From assembly GCF_004010195.1 (NCBI RefSeq), contig NC_057720.1:2441002-2505001 (forward strand): 64,000 nt of DNA, written 5' to 3'. The stretch comes from Chiloscyllium plagiosum (Eukaryota). The position numbers and the translations under genes were made by a program. Shown piece by piece: positions 1 through 11,659 of the stretch; positions within the stretch are counted from its first letter, which is position 1, and each line of letters opens with the position of its first letter. The notes below the pieces were generated by a model that was not told the DNA's origin, searched no databases, and saw only the letters and a program-made list of their open reading frames with translations.

Positions 1-113
1 TTTCCGAGCACCAAGTCTAGAATGGTCTCTCCCCTCGTCGGCCTGCCCTTCTGAACACACCTGACAAAAACAGCTCCATTCAAAACTTCTGCTCGAAGGA
101 GGTTCCAATCAAT

Positions 114-149
114 ATTCCTGAAGAAGGGCCTGTGCCCGAAACGTCGAAT
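114..149 (+). ncRNA. Minimal type-I hammerhead ribozyme, core intact
   Basis: Stem I ATTC/GAAT; core CTGAAGA+A; stem II GGGC-ctgt-GCCC; GAA; palindromic ACGT; predicted cleavage after C145 (GUC). Confidence 0.85.
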
Positions 150-207
150 CTCCTGTTCCCTGGATGCTGCCTGACCTGCTGTGCTGTTCCAGCAATAAAG
201 TTTCAAC
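117..207 (+). mobile_element. 91-bp ORF-less Penelope-terminus-derived insertion carrying a hammerhead ribozyme
   Basis: Flanked by a 13-bp direct repeat TCCAATCAATATT (104-116, 208-220). Absent from the paralogous site near 37512-37524. Homologous to the PLE terminus at 23050-23133. Confidence 0.9.
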
Positions 208-1190
208 TCCAATCAATATTGGGAAAGTTAAAGTTACCCATTACAACAACCCTACTACTTCCACACTTTTCCAAAATCTGCCGAGCTATACTTTCTTCAA
301 ACTCCCTGTTGCTATTGGGGGGCCTGTAGTAAACCCCTAACGAGGTGACTGCTCCCTTACTGTTCCTAATTTCCACCCATACTGACTCGGTAGGCAGATC
401 TTCCTCGACAATGGAAGCTTCTGTAGCTGTGATACCCTCTCTAATTAGTTGTGCTACACCCGCTCCTCTTTTTCCCCCCTCCCTATTCTTTTTAAATGCT
501 CTGAACCCTGGAACATCCAGCAACCATTCCTGCCCCTGAGAAGTCCATGTCTCTGTTATGGCCACAACATCATAGCACCAGGTACTGATCCATGCTCTAA
601 GTTCATCACTTTTATTCCTGATACTCCTTGCGCTAAAGCAAACACACTTTAACTGATCCCTTGGTTCCTTCCCAGGAAAATCCTTCCCACTAGCTGGTCT
701 ACCTGTTGTTCTCGCCTCATCTGCATCAACTCTCACCTCCGGTATACAGCTCAGGTTCCCACCCCCCTGCCATACTAGTTTCAACCCTCTCGAACTACTC
801 GGGCAAACCTTCCACTCAGGACATTGGTCCCCTTCCAGTTCAGATGCAACCCGTCCTTCTTGTACAGGTCCCACCTTCCCCAGAAGGCATCCCAATTATC
901 TACATATCTGAAGTCCTCCCTCCTACACCAGCTGCGCAGCCACGTGTTTAGCTTCGCCCGCTCCCTGTCCCTCGCCTCACTATCTCGTGGCACCGGTAGT
1001 AAACTAGAGAAAACTACTCTGTTCGTCCTGCTTTGCAGCTTCCATCCTAACTCCCTGAAATCATTTTTTATATCCTCAATCCTTTTTCTGGCTATATCAT
1101 TAGTGCCAATATGTAACATGATTTCTGGCTGTTTGCCCTCCCCGTTTAGAACCTTATACACCCGATCGGAGACGTCCCGGACCCTGGCAA

Positions 1191-1503
1191 TTTTATTCAA
1201 TTTGTAATAGTCCCATCTTCCCCAGAACTGGTCCCAATGTCCCACAAATCTGAACCCCTCCTCCTAACCATCCCTCAAGCCATGTGTTCATCCTGCCTAC
1301 TGTTTCATTTCTACCCTGGCTAGCACATGGCACTGGTAGCAATTGTGAGATCACTACCTTTGAGGTCCTCCTCTTTGATTTCTCTCCTAGCTCCCTGAAT
1401 TTTGCTTTCAGGAGCTCATCTCATTTTTTACTTAATTCATTGGTGCCTATATGCACCATGACAACTGGCTGTTCACCCTCCCCTTTCAGAATGCTCTGCA
1501 GCT
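1191..1503 (-). mobile_element. Older CR1 ORF1 (SGNH) fragment
   Basis: Translates to GEGEQPVVMVHIGTNEL and WDQFWGRWDYYK; the sequence differs from the adjacent ORF1. Confidence 0.8.
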
Positions 1504-1505
1504 GA

Positions 1506-1607
1506 TCAGATGAATTGGGTTCATCTGATGATGGGGCTATGTTCTGAACACTTGTGATTTCAAATAAATCTGTTATAGTATAACCTGGTGTTGTGCGATT
1601 TCTAACC
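1506..1607 (+). mobile_element. Degenerate hammerhead-bearing PLE terminus (same family as 46517-46735)
   Basis: CTGATGA...tataacctggtgttgtgcgatt matches the 46612-46697 arm; residual hairpin atcagatgaa/ttcatctgat. Confidence 0.65.
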
Positions 1608-2196
1608 ATTGATATTCTATGACACAGTATTCTTTACTATGATGTAAGTTAGAATTGATTCTTTCAATAAATATTCATTAACAATTCTAAAACTGCCACC
1701 TCATAATTAATTCCCATCAAACCAACAACTGGACAATAATATCCTAGAATTCTTAAGTTAGGATTCAAAGTTCAGATATTGGTAAAATTTCAGAAACACC
1801 ATTTCTCTTGTCATACTCCAGTTGATGTATTCTATAATGACAATGATAATGTTGCTGGTTTGAAAATCCCTGGGGGTGGGAATATTTCATTAGAGGACCT
1901 GGTGAAGCTGGTTAACTTTCTTTAAAGATCTCAAATGTTTCATGGTTGACGTGTTAATTTGACCAATACTCCCTGGGCAGGTTTCTCTTGCCAGAGGATA
2001 AAGACAACAGAATTATTAAAAGTGGAATTTTCAACATTGGAAATGTCATTAAACATCCAGGGATTCCGTGTATGGAATGAGCTGCCAGAGGAAGTTGTAG
2101 ATGATGTTACAATTACAACATTTAAAAGGCATCTAATATGGATATATGAATAGGCAGGATTTAGAGGGAAGTGGGCCAAATGCTGGCAGATGGACT

Positions 2197-2899
2197 TTCG
2201 TAAGCAGCCACCCCAACACACACAAAAAACGTTGCATCAAGACACTGTTCAAAAGGACCAAAACACACTGCAGTACACCAGAACTGCAAAAAGAGGAAGA
2301 AGAACACCTATACAATGTATTCGCCAAAAATGGATACCCGCGCAATTTCATCCACAGATGCCAAAGGGAAAGACAACAGAATGAGGACATGCCACAACCC
2401 AAAGGACTAGCCACACTACCATACATCAAGAGCATTTCCGAACTGACAGCCAGACTACTGCGACCACTAGGACTCATAACAGCTCACAAACCAACAGCCA
2501 CTCNNNNGACCAGCCATCCTTAGTAGCCACACACTCAGATGACAAGCAACATGAGTTTGACTGGACAACACTACTATTATAGGACAAGCCAAACAGAGAA
2601 CAGCCAGGGAATTCCTAGAGGCATGGCACTCATCCACAGATTCAATCAATAAGCACATCGACCTGGACCCAATATACTAGCCACTGCAGCGGACAGCTGG
2701 AACTGACAACCAGAAGCGGCAGATTCAAACCACTATAAATGCCGGAGGAAAGATCACAGAAGCGCTTCACAGGAGGCTCCCAAGCACTGAGGATGTCACC
2801 TAGACAGGGGATGAAACGTCTGCAACACAAATTCCCAGCTCGGCGAACAGAACCACAACAACGAGCACCCGAGCTACAAATCTTCTCCCAAACTTTGAA
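2197..2899 (+). mobile_element. Penelope-like element 3' fragment (post-RT linker, GIY-YIG C-terminus, terminal repeat)
   Basis: SHPNTHK..CIKTLFKR..THCS, NGYPRNFI, TLPYIKSISE and later REFLEAWHS are typical of PLE ORFs; N gap at 2504-2507. Confidence 0.88.
2784..2823 (+). ncRNA. Minimal hammerhead ribozyme in PLE terminus
   Basis: gca-CTGAGGA-T-GTCACCT-agac-AGGGGAT-GAA-ACGT-C-tgc; stem I GCA/TGC; predicted cleavage after C2820. Confidence 0.8.
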
Positions 2900-3635
2900 A
2901 GGCTTGTCTTATCAGGAGGTGATGATCAGTTTAAGTCTATATTTGCTAGAGTTTAGAAGGAGCACAGGAGATCTAATTGAGGTATATAAGATGCTAAAGG
3001 AATTGACAAAGTAGATGTAGAAAGGACGTTTCCTTATGTGTCACCTGTATGTTGAAGTGAATATAAGTTAGCTCACTGAGCTGGAAGGTTTGTTTTCAGA
3101 CATTTCATCACCATGACTAGGTAACATCATCAGTGAGAGTCTCCAGTGAAGCGCTGGAGGTATGTCCCACCTCTCTATTTATAGGTCTTGGTTTCTTAAG
3201 GTGGGTGATGTCATTTCCAGTTTTTTTTTCAAGGGTAGATAGTTGGGATCTAAATCGATGTGTTTATTGATGGAGTTCTGGTTAGAATGTCATACCTCTA
3301 AGAATTCTTGTGTGTATCTTTGTTTCGCCTGTCTGAGGATGTGTTTGTTGTCCCAGAAATCTAGAACTCGGGTCATAGTTTTAGAAAAAGGGGTAGCAGA
3401 TTTAAAACAGACATGAGGAAAAATTCTTTCAAACCACTGTGAAACTGCCCCAGAGTACAGTGGATGTTGGGACATTGAGCAAATTTAAAGAGGAGACAAA
3501 ATTTAAGCAGATTTTAAATTAGTAATGGGTTAAAGGGTTATGGGGAAGTGAGCAATGAGTTGAGGCTGAGTTCAGATCAGCAATGATCGTAGAACCAGCC
3601 CGAGGGGCTGAATAGCCTATTCCTACTACTGATTT
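2900..3635 (+). mobile_element. CR1 3' fragment interrupted by a PLE piece
   Basis: GLSY...LEFRR..GDLIEVYKML at 2900-3040; resumes at about 3358. Confidence 0.75.
3041..3357 (-). mobile_element. PLE 3' terminus with decayed hammerhead (3096-3136)
   Basis: Minus strand WDNKHILRQAKQRYTQEFLE; tca-CTGATGA-T-GTTACC..GGTGAT-GAAATGTC-tga. Confidence 0.8.
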
Positions 3636-4465
3636 TCAAATCCACTTCCCTGCCTGATCCCTAAGAACCTTAGGCTTGCCAAACAAAACGCTGTCTAACT
3701 CAGACCTGACTCAGCGTCCACAGCTCACTGAGGGATTGAATTCCAGAGACGAGCAACCAATGGACAGAGAAATAATCCTCATTATTTTTGTCTTAGAGGG
3801 AGACTCTTTATTTTAAAACTGTGTCACTTTGTTCTAAATTTACCAGCAAGAGGAAACATCATCTCAGCATCCACCTGTCAAGCTCACTCACAATCTTGTG
3901 TTCCAACAAGATTGTCTCTCACTCTTCCGAATTCCAATCAGGATAAACCCAACCTGCTTAATCTTTGCTCATTAGAAACAATGGGGGGAATGGCAGTATA
4001 GAACAAAGAAATTATGATAGCATTGAAAGGGATGATGCAGCTGAGGGGCTAATGACAGAATCTATTTGGTTTGAATGAAAGAACAACTGAGGAACTGTGG
4101 GTGTGAATACTACAGGCTGTGAAATAATGGGCAGGAGATAGTGGAATAAATCTGGAGATAACTTGCAGGTATGTCCAAGAGCTAGAGACTACTGGTCAAC
4201 AACTTAACATCTATTGCTAGCAAAGTATTGGAATCAATTATTAAGGAAGTAAGTTCAGCACATTTGTAAAATTGCAATCTGATCAAGCAGAGTCAACATG
4301 GCTTCATGAAAGGGAAGTTGTGTCTGATTAATATTTTAGAGATTTTCAAGGCATTCTCAACCAGAGTGGATTGAGGGGAACAGGCAAATGTGCTGTATTT
4401 CAACTTCCAGAAAGCATTTGCCAAGGACCTCACAAAAGGCCAATTCATAAGATAAGAGCCCATTG
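3636..4465. mobile_element. Decayed CR1 fragments (minus 3636-3980; plus 3980-4465)
   Basis: QSQHGFMKGK.CLIN and a FQKAF-like RT motif; CR1 3' sequence on the minus strand. Confidence 0.6.
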
Positions 4466-4607
4466 TGATAGAAGTAGTTTAATGTTACTTGACACTCGGC
4501 CAAAGCCTGGATATTGTCCTCATCTTGTTGCATTTGAACATGAACTCCTTCAGTATCTGAGGAATCGCGAATGGTGCTGAACATTGTGCAAGCATCGGCG
4601 AACATCT

Positions 4608-5961
4608 TCGAGGAGAAAGTGAGGTCTGCAGACGCTGGAGATCAAAGCTGAAACTTTATTGCTGGAACAGCACAGCAGGTCAGACAGCATCTAGGGAAAA
4701 GGAGATTCGACGTTTCGGGCACATGCCCTTCCTGAGGCATGTGCCTAGTAACTATAGGCCGGTGAGTCTCACTTCTGTTGTGGGCAAAGTCTTAGAGAGA
4801 ATTGTAAGGGATAGGAATAATGTGATCAAGGATAGTCAGCATGGTTTTGTGAAGGGCAAGTCGTGCCTCACAAACCTTATTGAATTCTTTGAAAAGGTGA
4901 CGAAGGAGGTTGATGAGGGGAAAGCGGTAGATGTGGTATATATGGATTTTAGTAAGGCGTTTGATAAGGTTCCCCATGGTAGGCTACTGCAGAAAATACG
5001 GAGATATGGCATTGAGGTTCCTATTCATATACCCATCCAGATGCCTTTTAAATGTTGTAATTGTACCAGCCTCCACCACTTCCTCTGGCAGCTCATTCCA
5101 TACACGCACCACCCTCTGCATGAAAAAGTTGCTCCTTTGCAGATGGGGTACTGGGCTAATAGATGGGGTACTGGGCTAATGGTCGGATGCTTGGTAGTGT
5201 GGATGAGCAGAGGGATCTTGGTGTCCATGTACACAGATCTCTGAAAGTTGCCACCCAGGTAAATAGTGCGGTGAGGAAGGCATATGGCATATTGGCTTTT
5301 ATTGGTAGAGGAATTGAGTTCGGGAGTCCTGAGGTCATGATGCAGTTGTATAAGACTCTGGTACGGCCGCATCTGGAATATTGTGTGCAGTTTTGGTCGC
5401 CATACTATAGGAAGGATGTGGAGGGATTGGAACGGGTGCAGAGGAGGTTTACCAGGATGTTGCCTGGTATGGAAGGAAAATCGTATGAGGAAAGACTGAG
5501 GCACTTGGGGCTGTTTTCACTGGAGAAAAGAAGGTTTAGGGGTGACTTGATTGAGGTGTACAAGATGATTAGGGGGTTAGATAGGGTCGACAGTATGAAC
5601 CTTTTCCCGCGTATTGAGTCGGGTATTACAAGGGGGCATAGCTTTAAATTAAGGGGGAGTAGATATAGGACTGATGTTAGGGGTAGGTTGTTCACTCAGC
5701 GAGTCGTTAGTTCATGGAATGCCCTGCCAGTAACAGTGGTGGACTCTCCCTCTTTATGGGCATTTAAGAGGGCATTGGATAGGTATATGGAGGATAGTGG
5801 GTTAGTGTAGTTTAGGTGGGCTTGGATCGGCGCAACATCGAGGGCCCAAGGGCCTGTACTGCGCTGTATTCTTCTATGTTCTATGTTCTATGAAACGTCG
5901 AATCTCCTTTTCCCTAGATGCTGTCTGACCTGCTGTGCTGTTCCAGCAATAAAGTTTCAGC
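4608..5961. mobile_element. Inverted pair of hammerhead-type PLE termini enclosing a CR1 fragment
   Basis: 13-bp TSD TCGGCGAACATCT (4595-4607, 5962-5974); 4646-4716 is the exact reverse complement of 5892-5962. Confidence 0.88.
4738..5891 (+). mobile_element. CR1 ORF2 RT/C-terminus with (TTCTATG)n tail, internally rearranged
   Basis: [38 protein letters not shown] and LVRPHLEYCVQFWSP; inverted CR1 piece at about 5019-5133. Confidence 0.92.
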
Positions 5962-6129
5962 TCGGCGAACATCTCCACTTCTGACCTTATGATGGAGGGA
6001 AGGTCATTGATGAAGCAAGTCATTGTAACATCCTGACAGATAAACAACCCCCCACCTTCCCATCTTCACTCCTACATAGACTTTAGTTTGTCTAGAATTC
6101 TGCTGACCTCACAAACATTTGTACAATCC

Positions 6130-6480
6130 TGTTCACCTAGCACATCCTTGCTGACCTATATCAGCCTCCATATTTCAGATTAAAAATCCTCATCCTTGCT
6201 TTCAAACACTTCAATGGTTTTGCATCTCCCCACCTCCTTAATCTTCTCAAGTTGCACACTCCTCTGAGATCCAATTCCTGTCTTTTACACAGCTCTGATT
6301 TTCACCATTGGCGGTCTGCCTTTGCTGCCTGGGCCCTGAGCTCTAGACTTCCTCTTTTAAACCTCACAATTTCTCTTCTTTTGAAGATGCTTCTGAAAAT
6401 TCTTCAAAGAAGTTTTGGTCACCTGTCCTAAGATCTCATTGAGGGCTGCTTGCGATCTTGTTTTTCAACTCCTTTGCATT
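6130..6480 (+). mobile_element. L2 LINE 3' end, decayed
   Basis: FKILIL.FK-like coding and ggcggtctgccttt...ctgggccctgagctct, the typical L2 3' region. Confidence 0.6.
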
Positions 6481-6984
6481 CTGTAATGCTTCACTCCATT
6501 TGATGTTATGAAGTCAGATGTAAAAATAGAGCAAAGGAACTTTGAACTGTATTTGCCAATTAAGGAGATGAAGGAAGTGATAGTGAGAAGTTGTTACACT
6601 AGGTGTTTTGAGGTTGTGAACCAAAGCAAACCAATTTTATCATAATCATTGTTTGAAACTGTCAGCTATTCTTTTCCTTGAAACAATTCTATAAGAATAG
6701 GGAAACCAAACTGGAATATTTAAATACAATCCATCTGGTTGTTGCTGCCTTTGAAGTGGTGTTTTGTTAAACCTCTGCCTATTAAAGCTCAGGAAACCAC
6801 TAATTATTACACAATGATCCTGAGAACTCCTTTCCAATTAAAGGAGGTTCCAAAATGTTCGAAGAAAAGTCTTTAATGTTTGTGGATATTGGTGTGATCA
6901 TATTCTTTATGAAGGTTATATTAGTTACCACAATGCACAGCATTATTACAATAAACTGTTGCTATCAAAACTGTTGCCCAACTG

Positions 6985-7660
6985 AGAGACCTGGGGTGCA
7001 AGTACATTGTTTCTTGAAAGTGGCATTGTAGGTAGACAAGGTGGCGAACAAAGCATTTGGCATGCTTACCTTCATCGGTCAGAGCATTTAGTACAGGGGT
7101 TGGGACATCATATTATAGCTGTACAGGTCATAGGTAAGACCACATTTGGAGTACTGTGTACAATCCTGGTCACCCTACTCTGGAAGGATGTTATTAAACT
7201 GGAAAAAGTGCTGGAAAAATGATTTACAAGGATGTTATGAAGACCAGAACTTTTGAGCCAAAGGGAGATGCTGGTTAGGCTGGGATGTTTTCACTGGAGC
7301 GCAGGAGGCTGAGAGGTGACCTTATAGAGGTTTTTAAAATCATAAGGAGCATAAATAAGGTGAATAACCAAGGTCTTTTCCCTGGGGAAGCCCAAAATTA
7401 GAGGGCATAGGTTTAAGATTAGAGGGGAAAGATTTGAAAGGGAACTTAGAGGTAACTTTTGGAATGAACTGCCAAGAGAAGTGGTAGAAGTTGGTACAAT
7501 TACATCATCTGAAAGGTGTTTGAACAGGTACATAAATAGGAAAGATTTCGAGGGATATGGACCAAATGCAGACAAATGGGACGAATTCAGTTTAGGAAAC
7601 TGGGTTGGCATGGACACGTTGGGCTGAAGGGTCTATTTCCTTGCTGTATGACTCTATGAC
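6985..7660 (+). mobile_element. CR1 3' fragment
   Basis: RPHLEYCVQ and RRLRGDLIEVFKI; tail gctgtatgactctatgac. Confidence 0.88.
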
Positions 7661-7881
7661 TAACTTTATGTCCACCTTCAACATTCCAGAGAATGAACCT
7701 AGCACCTTCAGGAAGTCACAACCATTGTCTCTGCCAAGAATTACTCCTGAAGTCCGTTCAGATTGATGATTGCAGAAACCAATTTGCATACGGAATTCTG
7801 AAATTGAGAGATTGCCAGATTAGAAGCAACACAGGCCACTGAGAATAAGAAACATGAGAAAAACACATTTTACTTTGTGTG

Positions 7882-8223
7882 TTTAGATTACTTACAGTGT
7901 GGAAACAGGCCCTTTGGCCCAACAAGTCCACACCGACCCGCCGAAGCGCAACCCACCCAGACCCATTCCCCTACATTTATTGCTTCACCTAACACTATGG
8001 GCAATTTAGCATGGCCAATTCACCTAACCTGCTCACCTAACTGTGGGAGGAAACCAGAGCACCCAGAGGAAACCCACGCAGACACGGGGAGAATGTGCAA
8101 TCTCCACACAGTTTGCCTGAGGCGGGAATTGAACCCAGTTGCCTGAGGCGGGAATTGAACCCAGGTCTCTGGCGCTGTGAGGCAGTGGTGCTTGCCCTTG
8201 TGCTGCTCATGATCATGCCGCCC
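7882..8223 (-). mobile_element. HE1-type tRNA-derived V-SINE
   Basis: V-domain, B box (duplicated), CR1-like tail. Confidence 0.9.
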
Positions 8224-9098
8224 GTGTCATGATCTAGAAAAGCCAGTGCAAAGTTTGGAAAATAATTAAAATTTGTTCTTTATGTGACATTACCTGTGAT
8301 TGCAGACTGGGGAATTGCATTCTATCTTCTTAGCTCAAGAATCCTTTCAGCAATTATATTTTTAAAAAAATCTTGTCCCAGAATTACATTAAGTGTACAT
8401 CATAGGGACTAACCATTTGGCCCAATTGCTCTGTGGTCCCCACATGACCATCCTCCCACCTCTCCTCATCTCACCCCATCACCATGTCTTTTTACTGCTT
8501 TCGTACTAGCAGTCTTATTCCATCAGAAGTCCCTGGACATGGTTATCACTGATGAAACTCATGTCTATGAACCTTCTCTCACTCAGATTACAACTTTCAG
8601 GAAGGCACATGTATATGATCAAGCACTACTGAAATGGTAGTATTGAGGGGTATTGTTCAATCCACATTCCCTAGCTCTGCCTGTTATCAATATTCCCTCC
8701 TTTCCAATTGGGAAAACACACACAGTAACACAGTCTCTGCTTTATTCCAGGAGATCCACTTCAACATCAGGATTTGTTTTGAAGCTTCCCAAACAGAAAA
8801 CTGAAGGAAGCCGAGCCCCCTGTTTTCTCCCATTATGAATTCCCAAATTTCTCAGATGCTAAACACAAAGAGAAAGCTGAAACCCAACTGTCTGTAATTA
8901 TCTTTCTATTTACTCATTGCTTCTTATCTGTTCATCCTGATCACAATCGCAGGTCATGTGGGCATTTCTCATAAACTAATGATCTCACAATTAGGAAACC
9001 AATTATATTTACAAGCAGTCATATTCCATTAGAAGTCCCTGGACATGGTTACCACCATTGAGGTTCATGCCTATGAAGCTTCTCTCACTTGGACTACA

Positions 9099-9725
9099 CA
9101 TCAGCTCCAGCATCCCAGATTGCCTTGATCCACTACAATTTGGCCACTGTCACAATAGGTCCATGGCAGACGCCATCTCCCTGGTCCTACACTCAACCCA
9201 GGAACATCTGAATAACAAGGACACCTATGTCAGACTCCTATTTAATAACTTTAGCATAATTCCAAAAATACAGATCTTCAAACTCCGAGATCTAGGACTT
9301 GGCCTTCCCCCGCAACTGGATCCTCAACTTCCTGACCCTTAGACCACAATCAGTAAGGACAGGTGATTACTCCTCCATGTAACCCTCAACACCCGTGCCT
9401 AGTAAGGCTATGTACTCAGCCCCTTATTATAGTCCTTATACATTTGTGGCTGTGTGGCCAAATTCAGCTCTAATTATTCACAAATTTGCTGATGACAGCA
9501 CCATAATAGGTTGTATCTTAAACAACAGTGAGACAGAGTACAGGAAGGAGATAGAGATCAGTGGCATGGTGTGAAGACAACAATCTCTCCCTCAATGTCA
9601 GCAAAACAAAGGGACTGGTCATCAACTTCAGAAAGTGGAGTGGAGGACATGCCCCTGTCTGTATTGATGGGACTGAGGTGGAGGTGGTCAAGAGCTTCAA
9701 GTTCCTAGGAGTAAGTATCACCAAA
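9099..9725 (+). mobile_element. Rex1/Babar LINE RT fragment
   Basis: LDPLQF..NRSMADAI, TYVRLLF, KFADD, WCEDNNLSLNVSKTK and SFKFLGV. Confidence 0.85.
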
Positions 9726-9907
9726 TATGAACAATTTTGTCACTGAACATTAAACATTATCAGTGAAATAACTTAGTTTAAACTGAAAATCAAACAATAT
9801 AATTAAGGCCTAATTAAATATGAATTTTAAATACAAAATATAAAACCGCTTCCCTAAAGATTATGTTCAAATTATATGAATTAATTCACAAGATGTGACA
9901 GCTTCAA

Positions 9908-10200
9908 GCGACTGTCCTTGTGTGGAGTTTGCACATTCTCCCCGTGTCTGTGTGGGTTTCCTCCGGGTGCTCCAGCTTCCTCCCACACTCCAAAGATGTG
10001 CAGGTCAGGTGAATTGGCCATGGTAAATTGCTCATGGTGTCCAGGAATGTGTAGGTTAGGTGGATTAGCCATGGGGAAATGCGGGGTTTAAGGGATAACG
10101 TGGGGGCTTGGGGGGGGGGGGGGGGTGAGTCTGGGTGGGATATTCTTCAGAGAGTCAGTGTGGGCTTGTTTCCACACAATAGGGATTCTATGATTCTATG
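9908..10200 (+). mobile_element. HE1-type V-SINE, 5' truncated
   Basis: tgtgtggagtttgcacattctccccgtgtctg V-domain; (attctatg) tail. Confidence 0.88.
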
Positions 10201-10529
10201 TGAACATCACTGCCAAGACCAGAATTGCCAATCGCCAACATCTCTTGAATATGACTGAGTTCCTTGCTAGGCCATTTCTATTTAATCATTCACAAGATGT
10301 GGTGTCACTTTCTGGGCCATCCCTAGTTGCCCTTGAGAAGGTGGTGGTGAGCTGCCTTCTTGAACTGCTGCAGTCTATGAGCAGTTGTAAGTTCACCTAC
10401 AATGTCAAACCTGATCATTATCATAATGCTGTTCATGGGATCTTGCTGTGCCCAAATTGACCAAAATTGTTTGAGACATCCTCAGGTTGTGAAAATGTCT
10501 TTGTAAATGTACGGTTTCATTTTTTCAAA

Positions 10530-10640
10530 GTTGGCACATTGGTAATGAACTTGTCTCTGAGCCAAGAGACCTGGGTTCTAGTCCCACTTGCTCCAGAAGT
10601 GTGTAATGATGTCTCTGATCAGATTAATTTTTAAAAAATT
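10530..10640 (+). mobile_element. Short tRNA-derived SINE-like element
   Basis: A-box-like tggcacattgg and B-box-like ggttctagtccc; similar to 11483-11598. Confidence 0.5.
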
Positions 10641-11482
10641 AGTCCAGTCATTTTTGATTGCAGTTGCCATTTGATGATCCAACTTTTGGTCAAAATCTCT
10701 TTCTTCTAATTTTGTGTATTTCGAAGTTTATTTTTGGTATGTTCTATTTTTCCTAGCTTAAGGGAGTGACATCTCTGGGTCACAGTAGTATTTGTCAAGT
10801 TTATAGCTCTAACTTTAGACAATTTTATTGAAGAGGATATTTCTTAATTATGGCTTTCTCTATTAGAAGCCAGTTATGTGTGTGGGTGCATGAAACCGGC
10901 AATTTTAACAATCATTTGGAATTTTGTGGTTTGTACTTTCAAATCTACTTTTAAAATAGATCTTTGCAATGTGTACTGTTTCTAAAAAATCAACACCAGA
11001 GATCAGCTAATTTAGAATTTGGTGCAATTTGCCAAAACATGAATCTTCCCAAAATTAAGGAGTTCACATTAAGTAGAAATTGGTCAAAAAGCATAAACAT
11101 CTTGAAATTAGGAAAGTAATGTTTCATTTGGAAAAGAACCTGCATGTCTGGATCTTCCCAGTGAATTCTGTAGCAGACTTGTGGGCTGAATGGCCTACTC
11201 CTGTTTGTACTTCAAATCATATGTATTTATTAATGATGGCTAGAGCTCTAGTCACAATATAATTCTTTCGTGTTCTTCACTGTCTGCCCTTGCTGTTTTT
11301 CCATCAAGTACCTGAGAGAAAACTAAAACGTTGATCCTACTTTCTTTCCATCAAATATTAGCCCTTGGAATAAAGATACCCTGAAGACTACTGATACCAA
11401 TTAGCTGCAGTTAAGCCTTCACCTTACATAACATTTCTTCTTGAGATTATCACTAAAACAACTTGTGAATAGAATAATAAAA

Positions 11483-11598
11483 GGCTTCTTATGGTACAGT
11501 GGTAGTGTCTATACCTGAGTCAGGAGGTCCAAGTGGAGGTGCCACCTACTCCAGAGATGTGCCATAATATTTCTGAACAGGTTGATAAGAAAATATCT
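11483..11598 (+). mobile_element. Short tRNA-derived SINE-like element
   Basis: tggtacagtggtag A box; shares ctccagag.tgtg..ataa..t.tctga.cag with 10530-10640. Confidence 0.5.
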
Positions 11599-11659
11599 GT
11601 AATAACTAAGTAACTGGTAGCAATTTTTAATTTGTTAAAAGGAACCCAATTGGGAACTT

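Larger units (their letters stand above)
1..1190 (-). mobile_element. CR1 LINE 5' part: SGNH-esterase ORF1 C-terminus plus APE endonuclease of ORF2
   Basis: ORF 781..1245 has HIGTNDI and KDGLHLN (SGNH motifs). ORF 203..895 has ARSIRNK, DVVAITETW, GVYYRPP and MGNFNFP (APE motifs). Confidence 0.92.
1..2196. repeat. Local segmental duplication, copy 1 (paralog of 37388-39798)
   Basis: Collinear match that includes non-TE sequence 1610-2067 and shared TE junctions. Confidence 0.92.
4485..6020 (-). mobile_element. Older CR1/L2-group LINE RT fragment (4485-4607 and 5962-6020), split by the composite insertion
   Basis: MFAD(A)CTMFSTIRDSSDTE.VHVQMQQD RT motif; contiguous across the TSD. Confidence 0.75.

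Noticed and set aside
7700..7850. Possible minus-strand exon after a pyrimidine-rich acceptor
   Set aside because: All three frames hit stops and no protein similarity is recognisable.
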